Part shown: piece by piece, positions 17,309 to 25,792 of the stretch | Numbering within the stretch: the stretch's first letter is position 1 | Layout: every line of letters begins with the position of its first letter | Source: Paraperibacillus marinus | GTDB lineage: Bacteria; Bacillota; Bacilli; Bacillales; DSM-1321 | Direction of reading: 5' to 3' | NCBI RefSeq assembly: GCF_046237605.1 | Contig: NZ_CP143542.1 | Location: 1,136,887 to 1,168,886 of the forward strand | Length of the DNA: 32,000 nt | Made by a program: the position numbers and the translations under genes | The notes under the pieces: generated by a model | Told to the model about the DNA's origin: nothing | The model's input: only the letters and a program-made list of their open reading frames with translations | The model's database searches: none

Positions 17309-18033
17309 AGCGCAGTCTTACAAAAAAACAGGGCTATTCCCTTATCTTAAGCCTATTGCTTGCGGGGGCGGTCCTTGTTTTTCTGTATTTTAAACTCCTT
17401 TATCCCCTCAAAAGTGAGCTCAGCATCAAAAAGTCTGAGCTTTCCTCTGAGGAAAAAATGGTTTCCATGCTCCAATCAGAAGGAAGCGGTGCAAGCGACA
17501 GCAAGTTTGAATCCACGGTGGAGCTGCAGAAGAAGCTGCCGGTAAAGGCCCTGGTTGAACAGATTCTGCTGGAGCTTGAAAAAGCTGAGGTGATATCCAG
17601 CAGCTTCATCGTTTCCTTAAACGTTAAAGAAGAAGAGGCGGAAAGCGGGAATGCTGTGGCTGCTGGTGATAAGAACAGCGGAACGGAGGAAGGAGAGGCC
17701 GGTCTGCCTCCAGGCGTAAAAAAAGTCGATCTCGAGCTTACCGTTCAGTCTCTTTCATACAGCAATCTCGAAGCCTTTATTTCTTCTATTGAAAACACAT
17801 CGAGAATCATGAAGGTATCAGCCTTGAAATTCACAGGAGGAGTGGAAATTATGTCCACCGAACAAAATCCGGAACGGCTCGTTTATAATGTGACAGTTTC
17901 TGCGTTTTATCATCCGGGCCTGACCGATCTTGCAAAAGAAATCCCGCCGATGGACAAGCCGGAGCCTGCTAAAAAGAAAAACCCTTTTAATGATAATTCG
18001 GAGCTGCCTAAAAGTGAAACCACGGATTCATAG
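17305..18033 (+). CDS. pilO: PilO-like pilus assembly protein
   Basis: The ATG overlaps the pilN stop (ATGA). RBS GGGGAGGAG. N-terminal TM (LILSLLLAGAVLVFLYF), then a coiled-coil segment, then an alpha/beta C-terminal domain. Position after pilN. Confidence 0.7.
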   Translation: MKRSLTKKQGYSLILSLLLAGAVLVFLYFKLLYPLKSELSIKKSELSSEEKMVSMLQSEGSGASDSKFESTVELQKKLPVKALVEQILLELEKAEVISSSFIVSLNVKEEEAESGNAVAAGDKNSGTEEGEAGLPPGVKKVDLELTVQSLSYSNLEAFISSIENTSRIMKVSALKFTGGVEIMSTEQNPERLVYNVTVSAFYHPGLTDLAKEIPPMDKPEPAKKKNPFNDNSELPKSETTDS

Positions 18034-18042
18034 GGAGCTGCC

Positions 18043-18489
18043 ATGAAAACACACAGCCGGCTGAGGGATGAAAGGGCAATGACTTTGTTCGAGCTGCTCG
18101 CCGTAGTCACCATATTAGGAATTTTATCGGCCATTGCGGTTGTTTCTTTCGGGAAGCTGATTTCTGTATCAAGGGATCAGGCGTTTATCGCCAATGCACA
18201 CACTATACGCGATGCTGCCCGGTTTTATTTGAAGGAAAAGATCGTAAATGAAGAAAAATTTGATGGCAGCATTTCGTATAAAACACTGATTGAGACAAAC
18301 TTCATGGAACAGATGAAGGACCCGTATACAGGGGAGATGCTTGCGGCAAGCGAAGAAACTTATGTAGCAGTAAGGGACGGCAGGATCGACAGTATTCTGC
18401 TTCTCGGGAAAAACCGGAGAATTGCCAAAGGTGGAGGCCCGGTTCCGTTCAATGAATTATCCCGTGAATATATTGTTCGAAAAGAATAG
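18043..18489 (+). CDS. Additional pilin/pseudopilin with atypical Ala at position -1
   Basis: RBS AGGGAG. MKTHSRLRDERA|MTLFELLAVVTILGILSAIAVVSF has a prepilin-type hydrophobic N-terminus with Glu+5, but Ala rather than Gly precedes the predicted cleavage site. Confidence 0.75.
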   Translation: MKTHSRLRDERAMTLFELLAVVTILGILSAIAVVSFGKLISVSRDQAFIANAHTIRDAARFYLKEKIVNEEKFDGSISYKTLIETNFMEQMKDPYTGEMLAASEETYVAVRDGRIDSILLLGKNRRIAKGGGPVPFNELSREYIVRKE

Positions 18490-18508
18490 GTTTTGGCGAA
18501 AGCTAATT

Positions 18509-18544
18509 ATAACAAGACGACAAAAGTCTTGTTATTTTTTTTTG
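18509..18544 (+). terminator. Rho-independent terminator ending the pil operon
   Basis: Perfect 10-bp stem ataacaagac (18509-18518) / gtcttgttat (18526-18535), followed by a T-run to ~18544. Confidence 0.85.
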
Positions 18545-18588
18545 TCTCTATGATAGGATGGTGAAAATTAAACAAAGGAGGTGCGGAA

Positions 18589-19572
18589 ATGAATCGTGAT
18601 CAGAATCCGAAAAATAAGATTGTTATTAAATTCAATGGCGGGGAGAAGCATTTTTATACTGAAAATGATGAGCGCCTGATGTCTATAGATGAAACCGCTG
18701 CAGCATCTGAAGGGGCAGAAGAGAGCTTCGACTGGATCCTTCCCGAGCCGGCAGGCGCTGAGGAAAAGAACTCCTTATCTCCCTACATAGTCCAGGTGCA
18801 GCCCAAAAAAGCACGCTTCAATTTCAGGGTGCTGAAGGCGGGCGCCCTGATACCATCTATGTGGGTGTCTATTATTCTTGCCGTTGTTGTCGGGACAAGC
18901 CTTGGCTTTATCGCACTGAAGACCGTTACCGGGAAGGACAGAACTCTGCCTGAACAAGCAGCCGCCGAAGCAGGTGCGGCACCGGCAGCGCAGCCGGAAA
19001 AAGCCCTGGAAGCTGCCGGCCAATCGCTCCCTGATTTAAAGGCTTATGTGGTCCAGGGCGGGATATACAGCACAAAAAAGAGTGCAGAGGGTGTACAGGC
19101 TGAACTGCAGGCGAAGGGTACGGATGCGGTGATGCTGGAACAGGACGGAAGGTTTATCCTCATCATTGGAGCTGCAGATTCGCTTGGGGCCGCAAAAAAT
19201 CTGTCCCTCTATATGAAACAGCAGAAGCTGGATTCATTTTGGAAGGAGCTATCCATAGGAAAGAATTCGGTGAAGAAGATTTCCAGGGGAGATAGAGGGG
19301 CGCTCAAAATTATGAATACCGTATACGGGATGCTAGCCGAAAAAAGCTCCGCAAAACTAATGGCTCCTAAAGCAGCTGATGATTCCGGGGAGCTGCAGGA
19401 AGCTGTGAAGCAGATGGAAGACCGGGAAAAGCCCCAAAATAAAACCATTGCTGATATGCAGGCTGCCCTTAAGAAAGCATCAGCCATCTACCTTGCCTCA
19501 ACAGACACTGGCTCCCTGATGCAGGCGCAGGCAAAGCTCCTGGATTATCTTAAATTATACTCTGCACTATAA
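18589..19572 (+). CDS. spoIIB: SpoIIB-like sporulation/septal protein with SPOR domain
   Basis: RBS AAAGGAGGTG. Single TM (SMWVSIILAVVVGTSLGFIAL). SPOR-like segment AYVVQGGIYSTKKSAEGVQAELQAKGTDAVMLEQDGRFILIIGAADSLGAAKNL. Lies immediately upstream of maf, as spoIIB does in B. subtilis. Confidence 0.6.
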   Translation: MNRDQNPKNKIVIKFNGGEKHFYTENDERLMSIDETAAASEGAEESFDWILPEPAGAEEKNSLSPYIVQVQPKKARFNFRVLKAGALIPSMWVSIILAVVVGTSLGFIALKTVTGKDRTLPEQAAAEAGAAPAAQPEKALEAAGQSLPDLKAYVVQGGIYSTKKSAEGVQAELQAKGTDAVMLEQDGRFILIIGAADSLGAAKNLSLYMKQQKLDSFWKELSIGKNSVKKISRGDRGALKIMNTVYGMLAEKSSAKLMAPKAADDSGELQEAVKQMEDREKPQNKTIADMQAALKKASAIYLASTDTGSLMQAQAKLLDYLKLYSAL

Positions 19573-19604
19573 AACAGCGAAATTTGTATTTTCCGGGAAA
19601 TAAG

Positions 19605-19627
19605 AAAAAGGCTGCAGCAGCCTTTTT
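19605..19627. terminator. Bidirectional-looking terminator hairpin after spoIIB
   Basis: aaaaa-ggctg-cag-cagcc-ttttt. The A-run and T-run flanks allow function in either orientation. The GC stem is short (5 bp). Confidence 0.5.
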
Positions 19628-19862
19628 CCTGCCCCGATAGCGAACGAAAGCCAGATCGGCTGCCGTTTCACAATCAGGAATAATAGTCCGCTTAACATCC
19701 CGGGGAAGTTATATATTCTCCTAAGCCAAAAAGACAGCAGCCCTGCCGGCAGAATGCCTGAAAAATTTAATCCTCCGTTTCTTGTAGCTCCTCCCCAACT
19801 CTGATACGATTGAATTGTATCTCCCAATATATGCATGCATTAGTAAGGATAGGTGAAAGAGA

Positions 19863-20429
19863 TTGATCCGTATTATTTTAGCTTCTTCCTCCCCTCGCCG
19901 GAAAGAACTTCTACAGCTTTTACAAATTCCTTTTGAAATTGAGGCGAGCGATGTCGATGAGACGCTCGCAGACACCATCTCTCCAGAGGAGGCGGTGGTT
20001 ATGCTCGCAGAACGGAAGGCCCGGGCTGTCCTTCATAAACATGGGGATGCCTGTGTGATCGGCTCTGATACCATTGTTGTCAATGAGGGCAGGATCCTTG
20101 GCAAGCCGGCTGGCCGGGACGACGCCCGTGCCATGCTTAAAAGTCTGTCAGGCAAAAGGCATCATGTACTCACTGGTGTCTCAATCATGAAAGAAAATCA
20201 GAAAACAACATTTTTTGAAAAAACCGAAGTGGTTTTCTGGGATCTCACTGAAAAGGAGATTGAGAATTATCTGGATAGCGGTGAACCTTTTGACAAAGCC
20301 GGTTCATACGGAATCCAGGGGTATGGATCGCTGCTTGTGAAGGAGATTGCCGGAGACTATTTTTCGGTGGTCGGCCTTCCGGTTGCACGTTTATCCAGAG
20401 AATTAAAGCTTTTTATGCAGAACAGCTGA
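19863..20429 (+). CDS. maf: Maf nucleoside-triphosphate pyrophosphatase (septum formation protein)
   Basis: TTG start 6 nt after AGGTGA. MIRIILASSSPRRKELL..., GKPAGRDDARAML, DKAGSYGIQG are canonical Maf motifs. Confidence 0.92.
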   Translation: MIRIILASSSPRRKELLQLLQIPFEIEASDVDETLADTISPEEAVVMLAERKARAVLHKHGDACVIGSDTIVVNEGRILGKPAGRDDARAMLKSLSGKRHHVLTGVSIMKENQKTTFFEKTEVVFWDLTEKEIENYLDSGEPFDKAGSYGIQGYGSLLVKEIAGDYFSVVGLPVARLSRELKLFMQNS

Positions 20430-20479
20430 TTTAGGTGATGTCCCCTGCTTCGGATTAAATAGAAAGCGGGGAATGACTA

Positions 20480-21166
20480 ATGACCACTAATATGCTGATG
20501 AAGGATTTTCCTCTGGATGAAAGGCCGAGGGAGCGTTTTATCCAGGAAGGGGCCAGGGCCCTTTCAGTCCAGGAACTGCTGGCCCTGCTGCTTAGGACAG
20601 GGGCAAAGAATGAATCTGTCCTGCAGCTTTCTGGCCGGCTGATTGCGCATTTTGACGGACTCCGCCTCTTGGCGGATGCCTCGCTTGAGGAGATGGTGTC
20701 CCTTAAGGGGATCGGTGAGGCGAAGGCCATCCAGATCCTTGCCGCCGTTGAACTTGGGCGAAGGATCAGCAATCTATGTGATGATGACAGGTATGTGATC
20801 CGCTCTCCCGGAGATTGTGCCGATTATTGCATGAATGATATGCGCTTTTTGACTCAGGAGCATTTTGTGTGCCTTTATTTGAATACGAAGAATCAAGTCC
20901 TCCATAAACAGACCATCTTCATCGGCAGCCTGAACGCTTCCATTGTCCACCCGCGCGAGGTGTTCAAGGAAGCGTTCAGAAGGTCTGCCGCCTCGATTAT
21001 TTGTGTCCACAATCATCCAAGCGGGGACCCCTCCCCGAGCAGGGAAGACATAGAGGTTACGAAGCGTCTTTGCGAATGCGGGAAGATCATTGGCATCGAT
21101 GTACTCGACCATATCATCATAGGCGAGAAGAAATATGTCAGTTTGAAAGAAAAAGGCTATGTATGA
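20480..21166 (+). CDS. radC: RadC-family JAMM-motif protein
   Basis: N-terminal HhH region (PRERF...LSVQELLALLLRTG; LKGIGEAKAIQILAAVELGRR) and the C-terminal JAMM motif HNHPSGDPSPSREDIEVT. Confidence 0.92.
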   Translation: MTTNMLMKDFPLDERPRERFIQEGARALSVQELLALLLRTGAKNESVLQLSGRLIAHFDGLRLLADASLEEMVSLKGIGEAKAIQILAAVELGRRISNLCDDDRYVIRSPGDCADYCMNDMRFLTQEHFVCLYLNTKNQVLHKQTIFIGSLNASIVHPREVFKEAFRRSAASIICVHNHPSGDPSPSREDIEVTKRLCECGKIIGIDVLDHIIIGEKKYVSLKEKGYV

Positions 21167-21356
21167 TGCTATGAAATTTCTCAGCTATGAGATATAATAT
21201 AATTTATGATTTTTAGGAGTTTATTTTCCTGTTTTTTGATTAGATGGTACAAATTGAAACGTCCAATTATCTTGTAGTTGAGATTATAAACCACCTGAAA
21301 CCTAATTAAAAACTTACTATAAAAATGCATTTTGTCCGGAAAGGGAGATACAACTG

Positions 21357-22379
21357 ATGTTAGGAATAGGAACAAGAGATCTGGGAATTGACTTAGGAAC
21401 CGCGAATACACTCGTATATGTAAAAGGAAGAGGCATCGTCCTTAGGGAGCCTTCGGTCGTTGCCTTCCAGACGGATACAAAATCCATCGTTGCAGTTGGC
21501 AATGATGCGAAAAACATGATAGGGCGCACACCAGGCAATGTAGTCGCGCTAAGGCCGATGAAGGATGGAGTCATTGCCGACTACGAAACGACTGCGATCA
21601 TGATGAAATATTATATTAAACAGGCCACCAAGAACAAAGGCTTGTTTTCACGCAAGCCGTATGTGATGGTCTGTGTTCCTTCAGGCATCACTGCGGTTGA
21701 GGAAAGGGCCGTCATCGATGCGACAAGGCAGGCGGGCGCACGTGACGCCTATACGATCGAAGAGCCGTTTGCAGCTGCCATCGGGGCGAACCTTCCTGTC
21801 TGGGAGCCTACAGGAAGCATGGTTGTTGATATTGGCGGAGGAACGACGGAAGTTGCCATCATCTCGCTTGGCGGAATCGTGACAAGCCAGTCGATCCGGA
21901 TTGCAGGCGACGAGATGGATGATGCAATCATTAATTATATCCGCAAGAATTACAATTTGATGATCGGTGACCGTACGGCTGAAAGCATCAAAATGGAAAT
22001 CGGATCGGCAGGGGAGCCAGAAGGCATTGAAAATATGGAAATACGTGGACGCGACCTGCTGACGGGACTTCCAAAGACAATAGAGATCACAGCAGAGGAA
22101 ATTTCAAGGGCCCTGAATGATACGGTGTATGCAATCGTCGATTCAGTGAAGAATACGCTGGAGAAAACGCCGCCGGAACTTGCGGCTGACATCATGGACC
22201 GCGGGATCGTACTAACAGGCGGGGGCGCGCTGCTCCGCAATCTTGATAAAGTAATCAGCGATGAAACCAAGATGCCTGTACTTATCGCCGAAAATCCGCT
22301 TGACTGTGTGGCCATCGGCACAGGAAAAGCACTGGACCACATCCATCTGTTTAAAGGCAGGTCAAAAGATTCACGCTGA
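21357..22379 (+). CDS. mreB: Rod-shape-determining actin homologue MreB
   Basis: [36 protein letters not shown]...[10 protein letters not shown]...[12 protein letters not shown]... Near-identical pattern to Bacillus MreB. Confidence 0.97.
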   Translation: MLGIGTRDLGIDLGTANTLVYVKGRGIVLREPSVVAFQTDTKSIVAVGNDAKNMIGRTPGNVVALRPMKDGVIADYETTAIMMKYYIKQATKNKGLFSRKPYVMVCVPSGITAVEERAVIDATRQAGARDAYTIEEPFAAAIGANLPVWEPTGSMVVDIGGGTTEVAIISLGGIVTSQSIRIAGDEMDDAIINYIRKNYNLMIGDRTAESIKMEIGSAGEPEGIENMEIRGRDLLTGLPKTIEITAEEISRALNDTVYAIVDSVKNTLEKTPPELAADIMDRGIVLTGGGALLRNLDKVISDETKMPVLIAENPLDCVAIGTGKALDHIHLFKGRSKDSR

Positions 22380-22410
22380 GCTACCCATTTCTAATGGAAA
22401 TTCAATAAAT

Positions 22411-22474
22411 CCTGACGCCGAGGGCTGTCCCGGATGAGTGTGTGCACATTCCAAGGGACAGCCCGCATGTCAGG
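22411..22474 (+). other. Long stem-loop in the mreB-mreC spacer (no T-run; attenuator/processing/stability element candidate)
   Basis: Outer stem cctgac (22411-22416) / gtcagg (22469-22474). Inner perfect 10-bp stem gggctgtccc (22422-22431) / gggacagccc (22455-22464). Confidence 0.5.
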
Positions 22475-22497
22475 CAGAAATAAATAGAGGTGAAAGC

Positions 22498-23379
22498 ATG
22501 CCGCAATTTTTTCTGAACAAAAGGCTGATTGTGCTGCTGGTAAGTATCATCATCCTGGTGGCGTTGATTGGTTTTTCTGTTCGAGAAAGAGAAAAACTCA
22601 GCTGGCCGGAACGGTTCCTCAAGGATACGACCGGTTTTATCCAAAATATTTTCCATCAACCCGTCCAATATGCCGCTGGTTTTTTTGATAATGTCAATGA
22701 CCTTGAAAATACATATCAGGAAAATAAAAGGCTGAAAACCCGTCTTGATGAATACGTGAAGCTTAAGACGAAAGTGCAGGATCTGGAAAAGGAAAATACC
22801 GAGCTGAGGGACATTCTGGATAAAAAAGAGAGTTTAAGAGAGTTTGATCCGATTCAGGCAACAGTCATTGCCCGCAATCCGGATATGTGGCATGAAAAGG
22901 TCATTATCAACCGCGGGAAGAAGCACGGTATCGAGAAGAATATGGCCGTCATGACTTCAAAAGGGCTGATCGGAAAAATCAAGAATACGACCGAGTTCAC
23001 TTCGACTGTGCAGCTTTTGAGTTCAATGGATCCGAAGAACCGGATATCCGTCAGCATCCCCGGCAAGGGGCCTATTTATGGCTTTATCGAGGGATTTGAC
23101 CAGAAGGACAGGCTGCTCCTGATGAAGAAGATTCCTTATGATGAAAAAATCAAAAAGGGGTCGGAAGTTGTCACTTCAGGGATGGGCGGGGTTTTCCCTA
23201 AAGGCCTGCCTGTCGGGAAGGTGGAGAAGGTAGAGTCGGATCAATACGGGCTGACGCAGGTTGCGTATGTGAAACCTGCCGCAGAGCTTTATGATGTGAA
23301 TCATTTGATCGTTGTGAAGCGCTCGATTGCCACGGCCGATCCATCGGAAGGGGAAGGCAGAGAGGGGGAGGACCTGTGA
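22498..23379 (+). CDS. mreC: Rod-shape-determining protein MreC
   Basis: ATG 22498 follows RBS AGAGGTGA. The ORF-track start at 22438 lies inside the intergenic hairpin. MPQFFLNKRLIVLLVSIIILVALIGFS (TM), then coiled-coil, then beta domains (GLIGKI...TSTVQLL; VVTSGMGGVFPKGLPVGKV). Confidence 0.92.
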   Translation: MPQFFLNKRLIVLLVSIIILVALIGFSVREREKLSWPERFLKDTTGFIQNIFHQPVQYAAGFFDNVNDLENTYQENKRLKTRLDEYVKLKTKVQDLEKENTELRDILDKKESLREFDPIQATVIARNPDMWHEKVIINRGKKHGIEKNMAVMTSKGLIGKIKNTTEFTSTVQLLSSMDPKNRISVSIPGKGPIYGFIEGFDQKDRLLLMKKIPYDEKIKKGSEVVTSGMGGVFPKGLPVGKVEKVESDQYGLTQVAYVKPAAELYDVNHLIVVKRSIATADPSEGEGREGEDL

Positions 23380-23888
23380 ACAGATTGATCCTCCCGCTCT
23401 CCGCTCTTTTCTTTTTTATGGCGGAAAGTACCTATGCCCAGCTGTTCTCTGGAAACCACTTTGGCAGCACCCGGATTTTTGTGCCCCATTTTTTATTCAT
23501 ATTCATCGTTTTTTTAACGATATTCGGTTCGTCCAAGAACGGAATCATTTATGGACTGCTGACCGGCTTTTTATTTGATGTCATTTATACAGAGATTCTG
23601 GGGATATATGCTTTCTTATTTGCTTTTCTCGCATTTCTTGTTTCGCGGGTCATGAAGATGGTGCATTCCAATATTCTGGTTGCATCACTGGTCTCCATTG
23701 CGGCCATCGCGGTGCTTGAGTCCATGGTCTTTCAGGTGAATACCCAGATACATGACGTGGGCATGACTTTCCAGGAATTCGCGTCCATCAGGCTTCTGCC
23801 TACACTGCTCCTGAACCTGGCGGCCGTTATCATCCTGGCCTTCCCGCTCAAGTACTTGATTGAAAAGGCGGATGATGGCCGGGACTGA
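23376..23888 (+). CDS. mreD: Rod-shape-determining protein MreD
   Basis: The GTG overlaps the mreC stop (GTGA). 170-aa polytopic membrane protein in the canonical position. Confidence 0.85.
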   Translation: MNRLILPLSALFFFMAESTYAQLFSGNHFGSTRIFVPHFLFIFIVFLTIFGSSKNGIIYGLLTGFLFDVIYTEILGIYAFLFAFLAFLVSRVMKMVHSNILVASLVSIAAIAVLESMVFQVNTQIHDVGMTFQEFASIRLLPTLLLNLAAVIILAFPLKYLIEKADDGRD

Positions 23889-23985
23889 CGTGCTGAACCA
23901 AAAAAAACCTGTTCTTTCGTTTCTGGGAAAAAGGATAAAGGCTCGGTATGTCGAATAGTAAATCGTTGAGGTGAATTATACCGTC

Positions 23986-24666
23986 ATGAGTAATAAATTG
24001 CTGCAAAATGTCATCATAAAAGGAACAAAAGAAGGGCTGACCCTCCATCTCGATGATTCTTGTTCATTTCAAGAGCTGCTGCAGGAGCTTGACTCCAAGC
24101 TCTCCGCCAATATCCGCACCCAGGAAAACATGCCTTCCCTTAAGGTCAGGGTGCATGCAGGGAACCGGTACCTGACACAGGAGCAGGAAGTTCAAATAAA
24201 GGAAGTTATCTTACAGAAAAAGATATTCAATATTGAAGAAATCCAATCCAATGTCATCAGCCGTGATGAAGCCTTGCGGATGAAAGAGGAATCAGCCGTC
24301 ACATCCTATGCCGGCATCATCCGATCCGGCCAGGTGATGGAAGTTCCGGGAGATCTCCTGCTGATCGGCGATGTGAATCCGGGCGGACAGGTGGCTGCTG
24401 GGGGAAATATCTTTATACTCGGTGCCTTGAAGGGCATGGCCCATGCGGGGAAAAATGGCAGGGAGGATGCCGTCATCACCGCCTCCATTTTTACGCCCTC
24501 CATGCTTAAGGTCGGGGAATTGATGAGATGGGCCCCCGGAGAAGAGCTTGAAGATGCCCAGGGGATGGAATGCGCTTATGTGGAAGAAGGCCGGATCATT
24601 ACGGATAGATTGCTTGCTTTAAAGAAAAAAAGACCAAGTTTACATACATTTAAAGGGGGTCTCTAA
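23986..24666 (+). CDS. minC: Septum site-determining protein MinC
   Basis: MSNKLLQNVIIKGTKEGLTLHLDDSCSFQELLQEL matches the Bacillus MinC N-terminus (..VTIKGTKNGLTLHLDD.CSF..LL). C-terminal beta-helix GDVNPGGQVAAGGNIFILGALKGMAHAG. GTG 23971 is the alternative start. Confidence 0.9.
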   Translation: MSNKLLQNVIIKGTKEGLTLHLDDSCSFQELLQELDSKLSANIRTQENMPSLKVRVHAGNRYLTQEQEVQIKEVILQKKIFNIEEIQSNVISRDEALRMKEESAVTSYAGIIRSGQVMEVPGDLLLIGDVNPGGQVAAGGNIFILGALKGMAHAGKNGREDAVITASIFTPSMLKVGELMRWAPGEELEDAQGMECAYVEEGRIITDRLLALKKKRPSLHTFKGGL

Positions 24667-24668
24667 TC

Positions 24669-25472
24669 GTGGGAGAGGCAATAGTTATAACTTCTGGTAA
24701 AGGCGGCGTTGGAAAGACGACCACCTCGGCAAATCTGGGCACGTCCCTTGCGCTTCTAGGCAAAAAAGTCTGCCTTGTGGATACCGATATCGGCCTGCGA
24801 AACCTGGATGTAGTGATGGGGCTAGAGAACAGGATCATTTATGACCTTGTCGATGTAGTGGAAGGCCGCTGCAAGCTTCACCAGGCACTGGTCAAGGACA
24901 AGCGCTTTGATGATCTTTTGTATCTGCTGCCGGCCGCCCAGACAAGCGATAAGCATGCGGTGAATCCTGAACAGATGAAGGAGCTCGTGAACAGCCTTAA
25001 ACAGGACTATGACTATATCATCATCGACTGTCCGGCAGGCATCGAGCAGGGCTACAAGAATGCCGTTGCGGGTGCTGATAAGGCTATTGTGGTCACAACC
25101 CCCGAGGTATCTGCTGTGCGGGATGCTGACCGGATCATCGGCCTTCTTGAAAAAGAAGAAAACATTGAAGCTCCGAAGCTCGTGATCAATCGGATCAGGA
25201 GCCATATGGTCAAGAGCGGTGAAATGCTGGACATCGATGATATCACCCAGCATCTTTCCATCGACCTGCTCGGCATCGTAGTCGATGATGACCAGGTAAT
25301 CAAGGCATCGAACCAGGGAGAGCCGATCGCCCTTGACCCGGACAATCGCGCATCTGTCGCTTACCGCAACATAGCGAGGAGAATCCTCGGTGAAGCGGTG
25401 CCTTTAAAGCCGCTTGACGAAGAACCCAAAGGCTTCGTGGCGAAAATTAAAAAATTCTTCGGTGTACGCTAA
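24669..25472 (+). CDS. minD: Septum site-determining ATPase MinD
   Basis: GTG start. MGEAIVITSGKGGVGKTTTSANLG (deviant Walker A). C-terminal amphipathic helix KGFVAKIKKFFGV. Confidence 0.97.
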   Translation: MGEAIVITSGKGGVGKTTTSANLGTSLALLGKKVCLVDTDIGLRNLDVVMGLENRIIYDLVDVVEGRCKLHQALVKDKRFDDLLYLLPAAQTSDKHAVNPEQMKELVNSLKQDYDYIIIDCPAGIEQGYKNAVAGADKAIVVTTPEVSAVRDADRIIGLLEKEENIEAPKLVINRIRSHMVKSGEMLDIDDITQHLSIDLLGIVVDDDQVIKASNQGEPIALDPDNRASVAYRNIARRILGEAVPLKPLDEEPKGFVAKIKKFFGVR

Positions 25473-25473
25473 A

Positions 25474-25495
25474 AAAACAGCTTGAGCGATCGAGG
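25474..25495. repeat. Left arm of a 24-nt inverted repeat (split terminator-like palindrome, or alternative IS terminal IR)
   Basis: aaaaaacagcttgagcgatcgagg (approx. 25472-25495) pairs at 22 of 24 positions with cctcgagcgatcaagctgtttttt at 27378-27401. Confidence 0.7.
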
Positions 25496-25533
25496 GCACT
25501 GAAAAAGTCCTTAAAGGATAGCTTTGTTAAATT

Positions 25534-25675
25534 GGACGGTTGATTTCCACTCCAGGATGCTACGCTTTCCGCGGGGCGTGCGGTGAGCCTCCTCAGCGCT
25601 ATAGCGCCTGCGGGGTCTCACCTGTCCCGCTAATCCCGCAGGAGTCTCCGCACCTTCCGTTCCAATCAACCTAGT
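25534..25675. repeat. GC-rich ~140-bp imperfect palindromic element (REP/MITE-like or structured RNA) inside the IS left end
   Basis: Terminal perfect inverted octamers ggttgatt (25538-25545) / aatcaacc (25664-25671). Central perfect palindrome gcgctatagcgc (25596-25607). Internal arms ggtgag/ctcacc and ccgcgggg/cccgcagg partly complementary. Composition is strikingly GC-rich relative to the surrounding AT-rich IS sequence. An outer ttggacgg (25533-25540) / ccgtccaa (25709-25716) pair also exists. Confidence 0.55.
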
Positions 25676-25792
25676 GCTACTGAACCTATATTTTAGACAA
25701 ACTATAAGCCGTCCAAATTCCTGACTTTTTTAAGGGATTCGGGCGGTTTTTATTTTATAATAAAGGTAATCTATTCGAAATGGGTGGTTCCA

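Noticed and set aside
10348-18489. Interpretation of the cluster as a comG-type competence pseudopilus operon
   Set aside because: comG operons have a single ATPase (ComGA) and no PilT, PilM, PilN or PilO. This locus has all of these plus a separate minor-pilin operon, so it is a bona fide T4P system.
19567-19836. 89-aa minus-strand ORF in the spoIIB-maf spacer (possible small membrane protein)
   Set aside because: There is no Shine-Dalgarno sequence upstream of either candidate ATG. The ORF reads through the 19605-19627 terminator hairpin into the spoIIB coding end. No recognisable family. I cannot exclude a small RNA or promoter function for the spacer.
22438-22497. Upstream extension of mreC (MCAHSKGQPACQAEINRGES)
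   Set aside because: This start lies inside the mreB-mreC hairpin and has no RBS. ATG 22498 has AGAGGTGA upstream and gives the canonical MreC N-terminal TM segment.
25676-25783. Possible hairpin plus T-run (agccgtcc...gggcggttttt) as a read-in terminator upstream of the transposase
   Set aside because: The stem needs two G-U pairs and a 26-nt loop. The same ccgtcc segment can instead pair with ttggacgg at 25533-25540. This is too ambiguous to call.
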